Assembly: GCA_902597795.1 (NCBI GenBank)
Contig: CACJZA010000002.1
Location: forward strand, 51,732 to 115,731
DNA: 64,000 bases
DNA from: an uncultured Alphaproteobacteria bacterium
GTDB lineage: Bacteria > Pseudomonadota > Alphaproteobacteria > HIMB59 > GCA-002718135
Direction: 5' to 3'
Shown: one piece after another, positions 1 through 11,495 of the stretch
Position numbering within the stretch: the stretch's first letter is position 1
Layout of the letters: the number at the start of each line of letters is the position of its first letter
The notes under the pieces: generated by a model
Seen by the model: only the letters and a program-made list of their open reading frames with translations
Databases searched by the model: none
Told to the model about the DNA's origin: nothing
Made by a program: the position numbers and the translations under genes

Positions 1-1731
1 ATTTTCGTGAAGATCATAAGTGATATTTTTTAATTCATCCCATGTTAGAGTAGAATTGTTTTCACCTATATTATTTAGGCTTTTATTTATTTTTTTCAAA
101 TTTGAAAGTCTTGTATTCAAATTATTTATGGATTCTCTAATTTCTTTGATAGCTTCTCGCTCATCATAATCTTTGCTAACATAGGGGAAAAGTTGAAATA
201 TACTATTATCCTTGGTTTTTTGATAAATTTCAGAAAAAGAATAAGGTAATTTTCTCAAATCAATATTATCTATCTCTACCCCAAATAATTCTGACTTATG
301 AAAGAAATTCAAGAAATCAATCTGATTCTTACTCAATAATTCTGAATTTACTAAGATTAAATATATCTCTTTTCTTAATGTAACATGATTGAGGTAAGAT
401 CTTAGAAAAGAATACACTTGCTTATCTTTTAATGAGGTTTTTTTAGGGATAATTTTTAAAGTTTCTTTCTTATTGGATAATGATTTTATTTTTTTAAAAA
501 ATAAAGTTTTAAATTCATTTTTGTAAAAATATTTAATTTTGCTATCTTTAATATTGGTGATAATTTCGTCTATATAACTATCAAAAATAACTTTGTTGTC
601 AGGTTTTTCTAAATCTATTGATTTTGATGACTCTTGAAATATAAAATCCACAATTGAAAGTGGATTTTTTAAATACGTTACAAATTTATTTAAAGAAAAT
701 TTATTAATGTATGTATCAGGATCATAATCATTGGGTAGAACGACAAATTGTAATAATTTAGATGGAGTTAAGAAAGGTAAAGACATTATCGCACTTTTAA
801 ATGATGCTTTTAATCCAGAATTATCTCCATCAAACATAATTGTTGGTTTATTGACATATTTCCATGATAGTGAAAGATGACTATCTGTTAAAGATGTTCC
901 AAGTGGTGCTACAGCAGTTTTAATATTTTTGTCATATAGACTTATTACATCCATATAACCTTCACAAATCAACATATTTTTTTTTGATCTTATAGTTTGT
1001 TTGGCATTAAAAAGATTATACAAAATATTTCTTTTTTTAAAAAAATTACTTTCAGGTGAGTTAATATATTTTGGGTTTGAATTATCTAAAACTCTCCCTC
1101 CAAATCCAACAATCTTTCCATATTCATTTGCAATTGGAAACATCAACCTATTATAAAAAAAATCTCTAAACTTATTATTTTTATCTAATTTTACAACATT
1201 ACTTTCTATTATCTCTTCATCACTAAAATTTTGTTCTTTCAGAAATTCGTAAAGATTTTGATTTGAATTATATGAAAATCCTAATTTAAAAAATTTAATT
1301 GTTTCATCTGATAAATTTCTTTTATTTAAATATTCTTTACAAATTTTATTTTTATAAAGATTATCTTGAAACCATTTAGTTGAAATTTCTAAAATCTTAT
1401 AAATTTTATCATTTTTTTTATTTAAATTAGTATCAAAGTTGTCTGTGATTCTAATACCAACTCTTTGTGCTAATTCTTTTACAGCCTCAGGGAATGAAAA
1501 ATTATAAAGCTCTGTATATATGGTAAAAATATCACCCTTAGCTCCACATCCAAAACAATAATAGGAGCCTAAATCATCATTAATTTTGCAAGATGGAGTT
1601 TTTTCGTCATGAAAAGGACAACAACACCAACTGTCTTTTCCCTTTTTTATAACTTTTGTTTTTTTTTCAATTTCTTGTGAAAGAATAATTTTTGATTTTA
1701 TTAATTCAAGATCATTTTTTGAAAATGACAT
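1..1731 (-). CDS. dnaG: DNA primase DnaG (N-terminal ~577 codons; C-terminus lies beyond the left window edge)
   Basis: Absent from the ORF track because there is no stop in the window. Reverse-strand ATG at 1731..1729 translates MSFSKNDLELIKSKI...SWCCCPFHDEKTPSCKINDDLGSYYCFGCGAKGD, a CHC2 primase zinc finger. The same frame around 900-960 gives EGYMDVISLYDKNIKTAVAPLGT, a TOPRIM motif. The last 16 codons at the window edge are open. The start overlaps the upstream stop as TAATG. Confidence 0.88.
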   Translation of the reverse strand, partial: MSFSKNDLELIKSKIILSQEIEKKTKVIKKGKDSWCCCPFHDEKTPSCKINDDLGSYYCFGCGAKGDIFTIYTELYNFSFPEAVKELAQRVGIRITDNFDTNLNKKNDKIYKILEISTKWFQDNLYKNKICKEYLNKRNLSDETIKFFKLGFSYNSNQNLYEFLKEQNFSDEEIIESNVVKLDKNNKFRDFFYNRLMFPIANEYGKIVGFGGRVLDNSNPKYINSPESNFFKKRNILYNLFNAKQTIRSKKNMLICEGYMDVISLYDKNIKTAVAPLGTSLTDSHLSLSWKYVNKPTIMFDGDNSGLKASFKSAIMSLPFLTPSKLLQFVVLPNDYDPDTYINKFSLNKFVTYLKNPLSIVDFIFQESSKSIDLEKPDNKVIFDSYIDEIITNIKDSKIKYFYKNEFKTLFFKKIKSLSNKKETLKIIPKKTSLKDKQVYSFLRSYLNHVTLRKEIYLILVNSELLSKNQIDFLNFFHKSELFGVEIDNIDLRKLPYSFSEIYQKTKDNSIFQLFPYVSKDYDEREAIKEIRESINNLNTRLSNLKKINKSLNNIGENNSTLTWDELKNITYDLHEN

Positions 1732-2186
1732 TAATTTCCTAGCGAAGATTTAGCTATTTTTCCAACTAATCCCATATCTATTTTACCAGTATATTTTTCC
1801 TTAATTATTTTCATGAGTGCACCCATGTCTTTAAGAGATGTAAAGTTATTCTCTGAAATTATATCCATTATAATCAAATTTGTTTCATCTTCATTCATTT
1901 GCTTGGGTAAGAATTTTTCTATTACTTTTATTTCATTTAGTTCATTTTGAATAAGGTCATTGCGATTCGCTTTTTCAAAAGCTTCTATTGAGTCTTTTCT
2001 TTGTTTTACTAAACTTTGGAGTAAACTTAAAACATCAGAATCGGTCAAAGCATTTTGCTTACCTCTAAGAGAAATTTCCTTATCTTTAATCGCACTCTTT
2101 ATTAATCTTAAAGTATTTATTGAATTACTGTCTTTTTCTTTGATAGAATTGTTATAATTACTTTCAATTTCATCTTTTAAACTCAT
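1731..2186 (-). CDS. GatB/YqeY domain protein
   Basis: The ORF 1731..2207 translation (NTLRLIKSAIKDKEI...LLQSLVKQRKDSIEAFEKANRNDL...EIKVIEKFLP) is the YqeY pattern, in the usual position upstream of dnaG. I prefer the ATG at 2186 (MSLKDEIE) over the TTG at 2207. Confidence 0.75.
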   Translation of the reverse strand: MSLKDEIESNYNNSIKEKDSNSINTLRLIKSAIKDKEISLRGKQNALTDSDVLSLLQSLVKQRKDSIEAFEKANRNDLIQNELNEIKVIEKFLPKQMNEDETNLIIMDIISENNFTSLKDMGALMKIIKEKYTGKIDMGLVGKIAKSSLGN

Positions 2187-2307
2187 ATTTTTTTCTCTTT
2201 CTAACAAATTTAATTTGATAATATAATTCTTCTTTTTAATTTCAACTAATCCTTGACTACATTGTTATAAATGCCTACTAACTATCATTTTGCTTCATCA
2301 AAATATA

Positions 2308-3477
2308 ATGGAAGTTTTAAAAAAAGTACCACATATACACAACAAAACTGCGGCTCTTGTATTAGAAAATGGTGAAATCTTATGGGGTTATGGATTAGGA
2401 GAGAAAAAGGCGGCTGTAGGTGAGCTTTGTTTTAATACTTCTCAAACAGGCTATCAAGAAGCATTATCTGATCCCTCATATACAAAACAAATCATTACAT
2501 TTACTTTTCCACATGTTGGAATTGTAGGCACAAATCAAGAAGATCAAGAGTCAAAAAAAATCTACGCTGATGGTTGTGTAATAAACCAGCCATTATCAAA
2601 ATATTCAAATTGGAGAGCAGAAAATGACTTAAATTCATATTTTTTAAAAAACAAAATTCCATGTATTTTTGGAATTGACACTAGATACTTAACTAAAAAA
2701 TTATCTGTTGAAGGAGCTAAGAAGGCAGCAATTATTCACTTTGGAGAAGGCGAAAATAAAATTGAAAGACTTAACACTCAAATAAATATGTGGAAAGGTC
2801 TTCAAAATTTAGATTTGGCTGGGATAGTATCGACAGAACAAAACTATAATTGGAAAAAAGGAATATGGAACAGTGATAAATCAATTAAAAGTAAATTAAA
2901 ATATAATGTCACTTGTTTAGACTTTGGTATCAAAAATAATATTTTAAGAAATCTGAATGAATTTAATCTAAACCCGACTGTATTGAACTTATTTTCTAGC
3001 TACGAAGAAATAATAGAAACTAATCCCTCAGGAATTTTTTTATCAAACGGTCCTGGTGATCCTTATGCCACAGGCAGTAAAATAGTTGATGTGATTAAAA
3101 AATTAATTGATGATAATATTCCAATATTTGGAATATGTTTAGGACATCAAATTTTAGGATTGGCATTAAATGCAAAGACTAAAAAAATGTTTCAAGGTCA
3201 CAGAGGTTCAAACCATCCTGTCAAAAATCTTACAACAGGAATTGTTGAAATTACTTCACAAAATCATGGTTTTGAAGTTGATAAAGATAGTTTTAGCAAA
3301 GATATAATTGAAACTCATGTTTCACTATTTGATGGGACTAACGAAGGTTTAAGACATAAGCATTTGCCTTTATTTAGTGTTCAATATCATCCAGAGGCAT
3401 CCCCTGGTCCACACGATAGTCATTATTTGTTTGAAGAATTTTATAAACTTATTGAGAAAAATGCCAAAAAGAACTGA
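2308..3477 (+). CDS. carA: Carbamoyl-phosphate synthase small (glutamine amidotransferase) subunit
   Basis: The translation has the CPSase small-chain N-domain and class I GATase motifs ([24 protein letters not shown]). The start is uncertain: ATG 2308 preferred, TTG 2290 possible. Confidence 0.92.
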   Translation: MEVLKKVPHIHNKTAALVLENGEILWGYGLGEKKAAVGELCFNTSQTGYQEALSDPSYTKQIITFTFPHVGIVGTNQEDQESKKIYADGCVINQPLSKYSNWRAENDLNSYFLKNKIPCIFGIDTRYLTKKLSVEGAKKAAIIHFGEGENKIERLNTQINMWKGLQNLDLAGIVSTEQNYNWKKGIWNSDKSIKSKLKYNVTCLDFGIKNNILRNLNEFNLNPTVLNLFSSYEEIIETNPSGIFLSNGPGDPYATGSKIVDVIKKLIDDNIPIFGICLGHQILGLALNAKTKKMFQGHRGSNHPVKNLTTGIVEITSQNHGFEVDKDSFSKDIIETHVSLFDGTNEGLRHKHLPLFSVQYHPEASPGPHDSHYLFEEFYKLIEKNAKKN

Positions 3478-6400
3478 TATAAATAAAATATTAATAGTAG
3501 GTGCAGGTCCTATAGTTATAGGCCAGGCTTGTGAATTTGATTACTCGGGTGCTCAGGCATGTAAATCTCTTAAAGATGAAGGTTACAAAATTGTATTAAT
3601 TAATTCAAATCCAGCAACAATAATGACTGATCCAGAATTAGCTGATCAAACTTATATTGAGCCTATAACTAAAAAATTTGTTGAAAAAATAATCGAAATC
3701 GAAAAACCAGATGCTCTGCTCCCAACTATGGGAGGACAAACTGCTTTAAATGTTTCAATGGAACTTTTTAATGATCGTATACTTGAAAAACATGGAGTAA
3801 AAATGATTGGGGCAAATCCAACAGCAATAGAATTAGCTGAGGATAGACAAAAATTTAAAGATGCTATGAAAGAAATTGGTCTAAGTTGTCCTAAAAGTTA
3901 CGTGGTTAACACTATTGAAGAATCTAAAAAAGTAAAAAATGAATTAAGTTTACCTCTTGTTATAAGACCAAGTTTTACACTTGGAGGTACCGGAGGAGGT
4001 GTTGCTTATGATGATGATGAATTTATTGACTTATGTAATAGAGGTTTGAATGCTAGCCCAACAAATCAAATACTTATTGAAAAATCTGTTTCAGGTTGGA
4101 AAGAATTTGAGATGGAAGTTGTTAGAGATAACAAAGATAATTGTATTATTGTTTGCTCAATTGAAAATGTTGATCCAATGGGTGTTCATACTGGAGATAG
4201 TATTACTGTAGCTCCATCCTTAACATTAACTGATAAAGAATATCAAATTTTAAGGAATGCAAGCATAAAGGTTCTCAGAAAAATAGGTGTAGATACTGGT
4301 GGCTCAAATGTTCAATTCGCAATAAATCCTGAAGATGGAGAAATTAATGTAATTGAAATGAATCCAAGAGTTAGTAGATCTTCTGCATTAGCATCAAAAG
4401 CTACAGGTTTTCCAATAGCAAAAATTGCTGCAAAATTAGCTGTGGGTTACACTTTGGATGAACTTGAAAATGATATTACCACAACAACACCCGCAAGTTT
4501 TGAACCAACTATTGATTATGTTGTAACTAAAATTCCAAGATTTACTTTTGAAAAATTTGTTGGTGCTAATTCTGACTTAACGACATCAATGAAATCAGTT
4601 GGAGAAGCAATGAGTATAGGTAGATCTTTTAATGAATCAATCCAAAAGGGGTTTAATTCTCTTGAGTACGGTCTAACTGGTTTTGATAAACCAAAACTTA
4701 GCTCAAATGATAAAAATGCAATTTTGAATGAACTTAAAATACAATCTTCACAACGCTTGTTAGTTGTTGGAGAAGCGCTTAGGAATGGATTAACAGTTGA
4801 TGAAATAAATCAAATTACAAAATATGATAAATGGTTTTTATACCAAATTAAAACAATAATTGATTTTGAAAAAATCTTAAAAGAAAAAGGTCTAAAAAAA
4901 GATATTATATTATATGCAAAGAAAATAGGCTTCTCGGATAGTAAAATCTCCTTAATATTAAATCTTGAAGAAAAAGAATTAAGAAAATTTCGAAATAATA
5001 ACAATATTAATCCTGTCTTCAGACTTGTTGATACCTGTGCAGGTGAATTTAGTTCTAAAACTCCATATCTTTATTCTACTTATGATTGGGATTTTGAAAA
5101 TACTAAATTCTGTGAAGCAAATCCTTCATCAAAAGATAAAGTAATAATTCTTGGTGGTGGTCCTAATAGAATTGGTCAAGGGATTGAATTTGATTATTGC
5201 TGTGTACATGCTGTTTATGCCTTAAAAGAAAAGGGCATTGAAACAATAATGATAAATTGTAACCCAGAAACAGTTTCAACAGACTATGATACTGCTGATA
5301 GACTTTATTTTGAACCACTTTCAGCTGAAAGTGTTATTGAAATTTACAATAAAGAAAAAAGTAAGGGAAATGTTCTTGGTGTGTTAGTTCAATTTGGAGG
5401 TCAAACTCCTTTAAAAATTGCAAAAGAAATAGAAGATGCTGGAATTAAAATTATAGGAACTTCAACTGAGGCAATAGATTTAGCTGAAGATAGAGATCGA
5501 TTCAGTGAAATATTAATTAAACTAAAAATTGCTCAACCAAAAAATGCTTTTGCAAATACGGTAGCTCAAACTTTAGAAAAAGCTGATGAAATTGGATATC
5601 CTGTTTTAGTTAGACCCTCATATGTACTTGGAGGAAGAGCTATGCAAATCGCATATGATAAAGAAAGTTTAGAATCATTTTCTAATGAAGCGCTTGAAGT
5701 TTCTTCAAACAATGTGATTTTAATCGATGAGTATCTTGAGAATGCCAAAGAAATAGATGTAGATATAATTAGAGATAAAAATGCTGAAATATATGTAGCT
5801 GGGATTATGGAACACATCGAAGAAGCAGGAATTCACTCTGGAGATAGTGCCTGTTCCTTACCTCCCTATTCTGTTAGTACAGAAACTCAGAATAAAATTA
5901 TTGAATGGGTATCAAAAATTGCAAATGAAATTAATGTTGTTGGATTAATGAATACTCAATTAGCAATTAAAGATAAAAAAATATATGTTTTAGAAGTAAA
6001 CCCAAGGGCGAGCAGAACTGTACCATTTGTGGCCAAATCAAAAGGTATTCCAATCGCAAAAATTGCAGCAAAAGTAATGGTCGGTGAAAATCTTAATACT
6101 ATTTTGAATGATTATAAAATTAATGAATTAAAAAATTTTAATGTTAAAGAATCCGTCTTTCCTTTCAATAAATTTGATGGAGTTGATTTAATATTAGGTC
6201 CTGAGATGAAATCTACCGGAGAAGTTATGGGAATAGATGAAACCTTTTTATCTTCTTATATAAAGAGTCAAATAGCCTGTGGTAATATTCTTCCATCTAA
6301 AGGGACAGTATTTATCTCAATAGATAATGATAATAAAAAGTTCATTATTGAGATAGCACAAAAGTTAAAAGAATTAGATTTTAATCTACTTGCAACCAAA

Positions 6401-6691
6401 GGAACTGCCAAATACTTAAATAATAATAACATTAAGACAAAAATAGTAAATAAAGTAAAAGAAGGTAATCCTCATGTAGTTGACTCATTAATTAATAATA
6501 AAATTCAACTAGTAATTAATACAACAAAAACTCAATCATCTATTAGAGATAGCTATAGTATTAGAAGGACATCATTAATGTATAATATTCCATATTATAC
6601 GACAATAGCCGGAGCAAAAGTTGCTGTAGATGCGATTGAGCATATGATAACTCAAGAATTCACAATAAAAAGTCTTCAAACAATAAATTAA
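3461..6691 (+). CDS. carB: Carbamoyl-phosphate synthase large subunit
   Basis: From the ATG at 3461 the protein begins [35 protein letters not shown], the canonical CarB N-terminus. It has duplicated ATP-grasp halves and a C-terminal MGS-like domain. The track ORF start at 3377 is an upstream extension inside carA. Confidence 0.95.
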   Translation: MPKRTDINKILIVGAGPIVIGQACEFDYSGAQACKSLKDEGYKIVLINSNPATIMTDPELADQTYIEPITKKFVEKIIEIEKPDALLPTMGGQTALNVSMELFNDRILEKHGVKMIGANPTAIELAEDRQKFKDAMKEIGLSCPKSYVVNTIEESKKVKNELSLPLVIRPSFTLGGTGGGVAYDDDEFIDLCNRGLNASPTNQILIEKSVSGWKEFEMEVVRDNKDNCIIVCSIENVDPMGVHTGDSITVAPSLTLTDKEYQILRNASIKVLRKIGVDTGGSNVQFAINPEDGEINVIEMNPRVSRSSALASKATGFPIAKIAAKLAVGYTLDELENDITTTTPASFEPTIDYVVTKIPRFTFEKFVGANSDLTTSMKSVGEAMSIGRSFNESIQKGFNSLEYGLTGFDKPKLSSNDKNAILNELKIQSSQRLLVVGEALRNGLTVDEINQITKYDKWFLYQIKTIIDFEKILKEKGLKKDIILYAKKIGFSDSKISLILNLEEKELRKFRNNNNINPVFRLVDTCAGEFSSKTPYLYSTYDWDFENTKFCEANPSSKDKVIILGGGPNRIGQGIEFDYCCVHAVYALKEKGIETIMINCNPETVSTDYDTADRLYFEPLSAESVIEIYNKEKSKGNVLGVLVQFGGQTPLKIAKEIEDAGIKIIGTSTEAIDLAEDRDRFSEILIKLKIAQPKNAFANTVAQTLEKADEIGYPVLVRPSYVLGGRAMQIAYDKESLESFSNEALEVSSNNVILIDEYLENAKEIDVDIIRDKNAEIYVAGIMEHIEEAGIHSGDSACSLPPYSVSTETQNKIIEWVSKIANEINVVGLMNTQLAIKDKKIYVLEVNPRASRTVPFVAKSKGIPIAKIAAKVMVGENLNTILNDYKINELKNFNVKESVFPFNKFDGVDLILGPEMKSTGEVMGIDETFLSSYIKSQIACGNILPSKGTVFISIDNDNKKFIIEIAQKLKELDFNLLATKGTAKYLNNNNIKTKIVNKVKEGNPHVVDSLINNKIQLVINTTKTQSSIRDSYSIRRTSLMYNIPYYTTIAGAKVAVDAIEHMITQEFTIKSLQTIN

Positions 6692-6731
6692 TTTTATTGA
6701 CTATAAAAAATAAATAAATCATCATGAGTTT

Positions 6732-7205
6732 ATGAATAAAATTCCTATGACTTCTGAGGGTTATACAAAATTACAAGAAGAATTAAACAAATTAACTTCT
6801 GAGGATAGACCTAAAATAATTGAAGCAATTGCCGAAGCTAGAAGTCATGGTGATTTATCTGAAAATGCAGAATATCAATATGCCAAAGAACAACAAAGTT
6901 TAATTGAAGGAAGAATTATAGATTTAGAGAGTGCCATTAGTAAAGCAGAGGTAATAGATGTTCAATCTATTGAAGGTGACGATATTAAGTTTGGTGCAAC
7001 AGTTGAAATAGAAGATGATGAAAGTGGAGAGAAACAACAATATCAAATTGTTGGGGAATATGAATCAGATATTGAAAATAAAAAGCTTTCAATTACTAGT
7101 CCTTTAGCAAGAGGCTTGATTGGTAAAACAGAAGAAGACAATGTTGAAATCAACAGTCCAAAAGGTTTAAAAAGTTATACAATTTTATCAGTAAAATACA
7201 TTTGA
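6732..7205 (+). CDS. greA: Transcription elongation factor GreA
   Basis: 157 aa; MTSEGYTKLQEEL...ARSHGDLSENAEYQYAKEQQ...ISITSPLARGLIGK is the GreA pattern. Confidence 0.92.
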   Translation: MNKIPMTSEGYTKLQEELNKLTSEDRPKIIEAIAEARSHGDLSENAEYQYAKEQQSLIEGRIIDLESAISKAEVIDVQSIEGDDIKFGATVEIEDDESGEKQQYQIVGEYESDIENKKLSITSPLARGLIGKTEEDNVEINSPKGLKSYTILSVKYI

Positions 7206-8155
7206 ATATAGACAATCCTAAAATTTGGTCATTAACTGATGGTTCACAAGGAATGATAAGTCAGACTAAAGGTCTGGCAAATGAATTGAGTGTAAATATA
7301 AAGGAAATTAAAACTGAAATAATTTTTCCTTGGAATAAATTACAGCCTGGGATACTTCCTATTTTTAGTTGGATATTTAAAAATAAGTTACCAATAGATG
7401 AGATACCTGATTTAGTTATCAGTTGTGGAAGAAAAAGTGTTTACCTATCAATCTATCTTAAAAAAAAATATCCAAATATAATTAATATTCATATTCAAAA
7501 CCCAAAAATTTCTTCAAAAAACTTTTCTTATGTTATAGCTCCAAATCATGATGTTTTGTATGGTGAAAATATAATTAATTCTTCGGGTGCAATACATCAT
7601 TTTAAACAATTTAATAATTTAAAAAAGCATTATGAAATTAATACAAAAAATTTGATCACATGTATTATTGGAGGTGAAAATAATCACTATAGTTTCTCAA
7701 AAGAAAATACTTTAGATCTTTGTAAAAGAATAAAAAAATTAAAGTCTCATAATAATGAAATTTTAGTTCTTACCTCGAGAAGAACTAATAAAGAAATTAA
7801 GTATATTTTGAAAAAAGAATTGAGCACTATGTCCACATTATGGTTTGGAGAAGGAAAGAATCCATACGAATTTGCTATTTATAATTCCAGTTATTTTATT
7901 ATTACTTCTGACTCCACCTCTATGATTTCTGAAGCAAGTATATCAGGTAAGCCAATTTATATTTATCAATTACCGATGAAGAGAAAAAGTAAAAGATTTA
8001 TAAGATTCCATGAAGAATTTAAAAAAATGAATATAACAAGAGATTTTAATACTTTGGACAAATTAGAAAATTGGACATATACGAAACTAGAAGAAAGCAA
8101 AAGAATCGCTGGAATTATAAAAAAAAGAATTATAGAAAGGAATAATGAATCTTGA
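7202..8155 (+). CDS. ELM1/DUF1022-family protein (mitochondrial-fission-ELM1-like, GT-B-like fold)
   Basis: The N-terminus KIWSLTDGSQGMISQTKGLANEL and a length of 317 aa match my memory of the DUF1022/ELM1 family. The TTG start overlaps the greA TGA stop. No search done. Confidence 0.5.
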   Translation: MNIDNPKIWSLTDGSQGMISQTKGLANELSVNIKEIKTEIIFPWNKLQPGILPIFSWIFKNKLPIDEIPDLVISCGRKSVYLSIYLKKKYPNIINIHIQNPKISSKNFSYVIAPNHDVLYGENIINSSGAIHHFKQFNNLKKHYEINTKNLITCIIGGENNHYSFSKENTLDLCKRIKKLKSHNNEILVLTSRRTNKEIKYILKKELSTMSTLWFGEGKNPYEFAIYNSSYFIITSDSTSMISEASISGKPIYIYQLPMKRKSKRFIRFHEEFKKMNITRDFNTLDKLENWTYTKLEESKRIAGIIKKRIIERNNES

Positions 8156-8765
8156 GAATTTAGCTCATGCAGATTTTCCCTTTAATCACTGGGTGTTTAG
8201 TAATTGCTTAGAAGAAGGTGCATTAGATGAGATTTCCTATAGTAATATACCATCAGGAGATAGAATGTACGATGGGACAAGAGCTGCCGATCATACAGGA
8301 CAGGGAGTTGATGGTAAATTAAGACTTTTTATAACAAAAAATAATTGTCAAAATTTCCCATTTTTAACAAAATTAATTCAGTCTTTACAAAGTATAGAAA
8401 TGGTTAATAAAATATCAAAAATAATTAACAAAGATTTATCAAATTCATATGTCAGATTAGAAGTAATTGGAGATAAAAAAGGATTTTGGCTAAAACCACA
8501 TAAGGATATTTCAGAAAAATTAATGACGATGATGGTTTGGGCAAACCCATATAATGAAGCATCAAATTTGGGTACCGACTTATATGATAAAAATTTTAAA
8601 TTAGTAAAAACAATTAAATATGTTCATAATAGTGGTTATTTTTTTTCTTCAGGGGATGATACTTGGCATGGACTTGAATTAAAAGAAATTCAAAAAGAAA
8701 GAAGATGTATTCAAATAAACTATGTTACTTTTAATACAGATTGGCCAGTTGAAAAAAGTAACTAA
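8145..8765 (+). CDS. 2OG-Fe(II) oxygenase-like protein (prolyl-hydroxylase-like)
   Basis: N-terminal FPFNHWVFSNCL motif. Candidate facial triad HKD (LKPHKDISE) plus a distal His (DDTWHGLE), and a distal Arg (RRCIQINY). Overlaps the upstream gene by 11 nt. Confidence 0.45.
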   Translation: MNLENLAHADFPFNHWVFSNCLEEGALDEISYSNIPSGDRMYDGTRAADHTGQGVDGKLRLFITKNNCQNFPFLTKLIQSLQSIEMVNKISKIINKDLSNSYVRLEVIGDKKGFWLKPHKDISEKLMTMMVWANPYNEASNLGTDLYDKNFKLVKTIKYVHNSGYFFSSGDDTWHGLELKEIQKERRCIQINYVTFNTDWPVEKSN

Positions 8766-8782
8766 ATTATTAATTTAACTAT

Positions 8783-9724
8783 ATGACTGAAAAAATAGAA
8801 AATGATGTCTTAATTATTGGGTCTGGACCAGCAGGCTATACTGCTGCAATTTATGCAGCAAGAGCTAATTTAAAACCGCATTTAGTTTCAGGTTTAGAAC
8901 CAGGAGGTCAGCTAACTATCACTACGGATGTAGAAAACTATCCAGGATTTGAAAATGTAATTCAAGGTCCTTGGCTTATGGAACAAATGAAAGAACAAGC
9001 ATTAAAAGTAGGAACTATCTTTCATAATGATATTGTAACTTCAGTCGATTTTGAAAAAAATCCATTTACTTCCAAAACTGAGTCAGGCAAAGAATTTGTA
9101 TCCAAATCGATTATTATTGCAACAGGTGCTCAAGCTAGATGGCTAAATTTGGAAAGTGAAAAAAAATTTAAAGGATTTGGTATTTCTGCTTGTGCAACTT
9201 GTGATGGATTTTTCTTTAAAGATCAACAGGTAGCAGTGATTGGTGGAGGTAATAGTGCTGTAGAAGAAGCAATGTTTTTGACTAAATTTGCATCAAAGGT
9301 TTTGTTAATCCATAGAAGAGATAGTTTACGAGCTGAAAAAATTTTACAAGAAAGACTATTTAAGAATAAAAAAATTGAAGTAATTTGGAATAGTAAGGTT
9401 TCTGAGTTCGTTGGAGAAGAAAATCCAAATACATTAAAAAAAATTATTTTAGAGAACGCATTAGATGGCAGCAAAACAACTATAGATGTAAATGGTGCAT
9501 TTATAGCAATAGGACATGATCCTGCTACTTCACTTTTTATTGATAAGTTAAAAATGGATGAGGAAAATTATATAATTACTAAACCTGACAGTACCGAGAC
9601 AAGTATTAAAGGAGTTTTTGCAGCTGGAGATGTAAAAGATAAAATTTACAGACAGGCTGTTACAGCTGCTGGTATGGGTTGTATGGCTGCTTTAGAAGCT
9701 GAAAAATATATAGCGGAAAGTTAA
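8783..9724 (+). CDS. trxB: Thioredoxin-disulfide reductase
   Basis: IIGSGPAGYTAAIYAARA FAD motif, redox-active CATCDG, GGGNSAVEEA NADPH motif, FAAGDV. Confidence 0.93.
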   Translation: MTEKIENDVLIIGSGPAGYTAAIYAARANLKPHLVSGLEPGGQLTITTDVENYPGFENVIQGPWLMEQMKEQALKVGTIFHNDIVTSVDFEKNPFTSKTESGKEFVSKSIIIATGAQARWLNLESEKKFKGFGISACATCDGFFFKDQQVAVIGGGNSAVEEAMFLTKFASKVLLIHRRDSLRAEKILQERLFKNKKIEVIWNSKVSEFVGEENPNTLKKIILENALDGSKTTIDVNGAFIAIGHDPATSLFIDKLKMDEENYIITKPDSTETSIKGVFAAGDVKDKIYRQAVTAAGMGCMAALEAEKYIAES

Positions 9725-9850
9725 TTAACCCTGTCTTGCTTTCATTCTGGGATTTTTTTTGTTTATTACATAAATTCTACCTTTTCTACGAACAACTTTA
9801 CAATCCTTATCCCTAATTTTGGCAGTTTTTAATGAGCACTTAACTTTCAT
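9725..9850 (-). CDS. rpmJ: 50S ribosomal protein L36
   Basis: Below the ORF-track size cut-off. The reverse strand ATG 9850 to TAA 9727..9725 translates [41 protein letters not shown] (41 aa). This matches the L36 pattern MKV..S.K......C..V.R.GR..VI.K..PR.K.RQG. Confidence 0.85.
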   Translation of the reverse strand: MKVKCSLKTAKIRDKDCKVVRRKGRIYVINKKNPRMKARQG

Positions 9851-9907
9851 AAAAAGCGCTTTAAATTCTGTGATTTGTTTTGTCAAACATATATTGTCTG
9901 AATTAAT

Positions 9908-11494
9908 ATGAGAAAGTTATCTTACCCTGGAAGATCTAATGTTTTAGGTCAAAATGGCATGGTGGCAACATCAAATCCATTAAGCTCTATGGTAGCAATT
10001 AATGTACTTCAAAAAGGCGGAAATGCAGTTGATGCTGCTATAGCGGCTTCAGCTGTTCAAGCTGTAGTATGTCCTAGCGCAACAGGAATTGGTGGAGATT
10101 GCTTTGCAATTATTTCGATGAAAGGAAAAAAACCAATTGCTGTAAATGGTTCTGGAATTGCTCCAAAAAAAGCAAATTTACAGTTTTATAAAGATAATAA
10201 AATAAAAATTATTGGTTTAACTAGTCCACATTCAGTTACTATTCCTGGAGCAGTTCATGCATGGTGTTCTATGCATGAAAAATTTGGAAGAATTGATTTT
10301 AAAGAAGTTTTATCTGGAGCAGAAAATTTTGCTAGAAATGGATTTCCTATTCATGAAGTTGAAGCCATAGCTTGGAAGGAAAATGAAAAAAAACTTAAAA
10401 AAAATCCTAATTCTAAAAGAGTATTTTTAAATAAAAATTTTAGTTATAGTTTTGGTGAAGTTTTTAAGAATATTCCTTTAGCAAATACTTTAAGAGTCAT
10501 CTCAAAAAATAAAATTAAAGGTTTTTATGAAAGTGAAATTACCAAAGATATGGTTAAGACACTGAACGAACTTGGAGGACTGCATACAGAAGAAGATTTC
10601 TATAATCAAAAAACATTATTTTCAAAAACAATAACAAATTCATATAGAAATTTAAAAATACATCAATGCCCACTAAACAGTCCTGGATTAGTTGTCTTGA
10701 TGATGATGGCAATGACTGAGAAATTAAATATCAAAAAATACAATCCTTCAAGTTTTGAAAGATATCATTTTCAAGCTGAAATTTCTAAAATATGTTTTGA
10801 AGTTAAGGAAACAATATTTGGTGATCCTAATTTTAATAATATAAATATTAAAGATTATTTGAGTAATAAATATATTGGCTCTTTATGTTCTAGAATTAAT
10901 AAAAATAAAATTTACTCTTCAAAAAAAGGCTATGTAACTTCTCACCCTGAAACAATTTATTTAAGTGTTGTTGATAGAGATTTGAATTCAGTATCTTTTA
11001 TTAATTCAATATGTCATGGTTTTGGAAGTGGAATTACAAGTAAAAAAACAGGAATTCTTTTTCAAAATAGAGGTGTAAATTTCAGATTAGAAGATGATCA
11101 CCCAAACTCGATTGATAGTCAAAAAAGACCACTACATACAATAATCCCTGGTCTAATAACTAATAAGAATGATGAGACACTCTATTCTTATGGGGTAATG
11201 GGAGGTCAATATCAACCAATTGGTCAATCTCATTTGATTCAAAATATAATCGACTACGACATGTCTGTACAAGAAGGTTTAGATTTACCTCGAGCATTTG
11301 CTCTTAACGGCATCTTAAATGTTGAAAATTCATTAGATGATAAAATTGTAAAAAAATTAAAGAATATTGGTCACAAAATTAGAATAAATGAAAATGCTAT
11401 TGGTGGTGGTCAATGTATAAAAATAGATAGAAAAAATGGAATACTTATTGGGGGATCAGATCCACGAAAGGATGGTATGGCAATAGGGTACTAA
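9908..11494 (+). CDS. ggt: Gamma-glutamyltransferase family protein (no signal peptide)
   Basis: [14 protein letters not shown]...[15 protein letters not shown]-terminal block. The putative autoprocessing Thr lies in [13 protein letters not shown], and GGSDPRKDG is near the C-terminus. The conserved block starts at residue 14, leaving no room for a leader peptide. Confidence 0.82.
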   Translation: MRKLSYPGRSNVLGQNGMVATSNPLSSMVAINVLQKGGNAVDAAIAASAVQAVVCPSATGIGGDCFAIISMKGKKPIAVNGSGIAPKKANLQFYKDNKIKIIGLTSPHSVTIPGAVHAWCSMHEKFGRIDFKEVLSGAENFARNGFPIHEVEAIAWKENEKKLKKNPNSKRVFLNKNFSYSFGEVFKNIPLANTLRVISKNKIKGFYESEITKDMVKTLNELGGLHTEEDFYNQKTLFSKTITNSYRNLKIHQCPLNSPGLVVLMMMAMTEKLNIKKYNPSSFERYHFQAEISKICFEVKETIFGDPNFNNINIKDYLSNKYIGSLCSRINKNKIYSSKKGYVTSHPETIYLSVVDRDLNSVSFINSICHGFGSGITSKKTGILFQNRGVNFRLEDDHPNSIDSQKRPLHTIIPGLITNKNDETLYSYGVMGGQYQPIGQSHLIQNIIDYDMSVQEGLDLPRAFALNGILNVENSLDDKIVKKLKNIGHKIRINENAIGGGQCIKIDRKNGILIGGSDPRKDGMAIGY

Positions 11495-11495
11495 T

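Noticed and set aside
3377-3460. Upstream extension of the carB ORF (track start 3377)
   Set aside because: The canonical CarB N-terminus [17 protein letters not shown] starts at the ATG at 3461. The extension lies inside carA in another frame.
1960-9474. Short ORFs 1960-2157(+), 4810-5004(-), 5566-5817(-) and 9223-9474(-)
   Set aside because: Each is nested antisense inside a strongly supported gene (yqeY, carB, carB, trxB). Their low-complexity F/I/L/S-rich translations are shadow ORFs.
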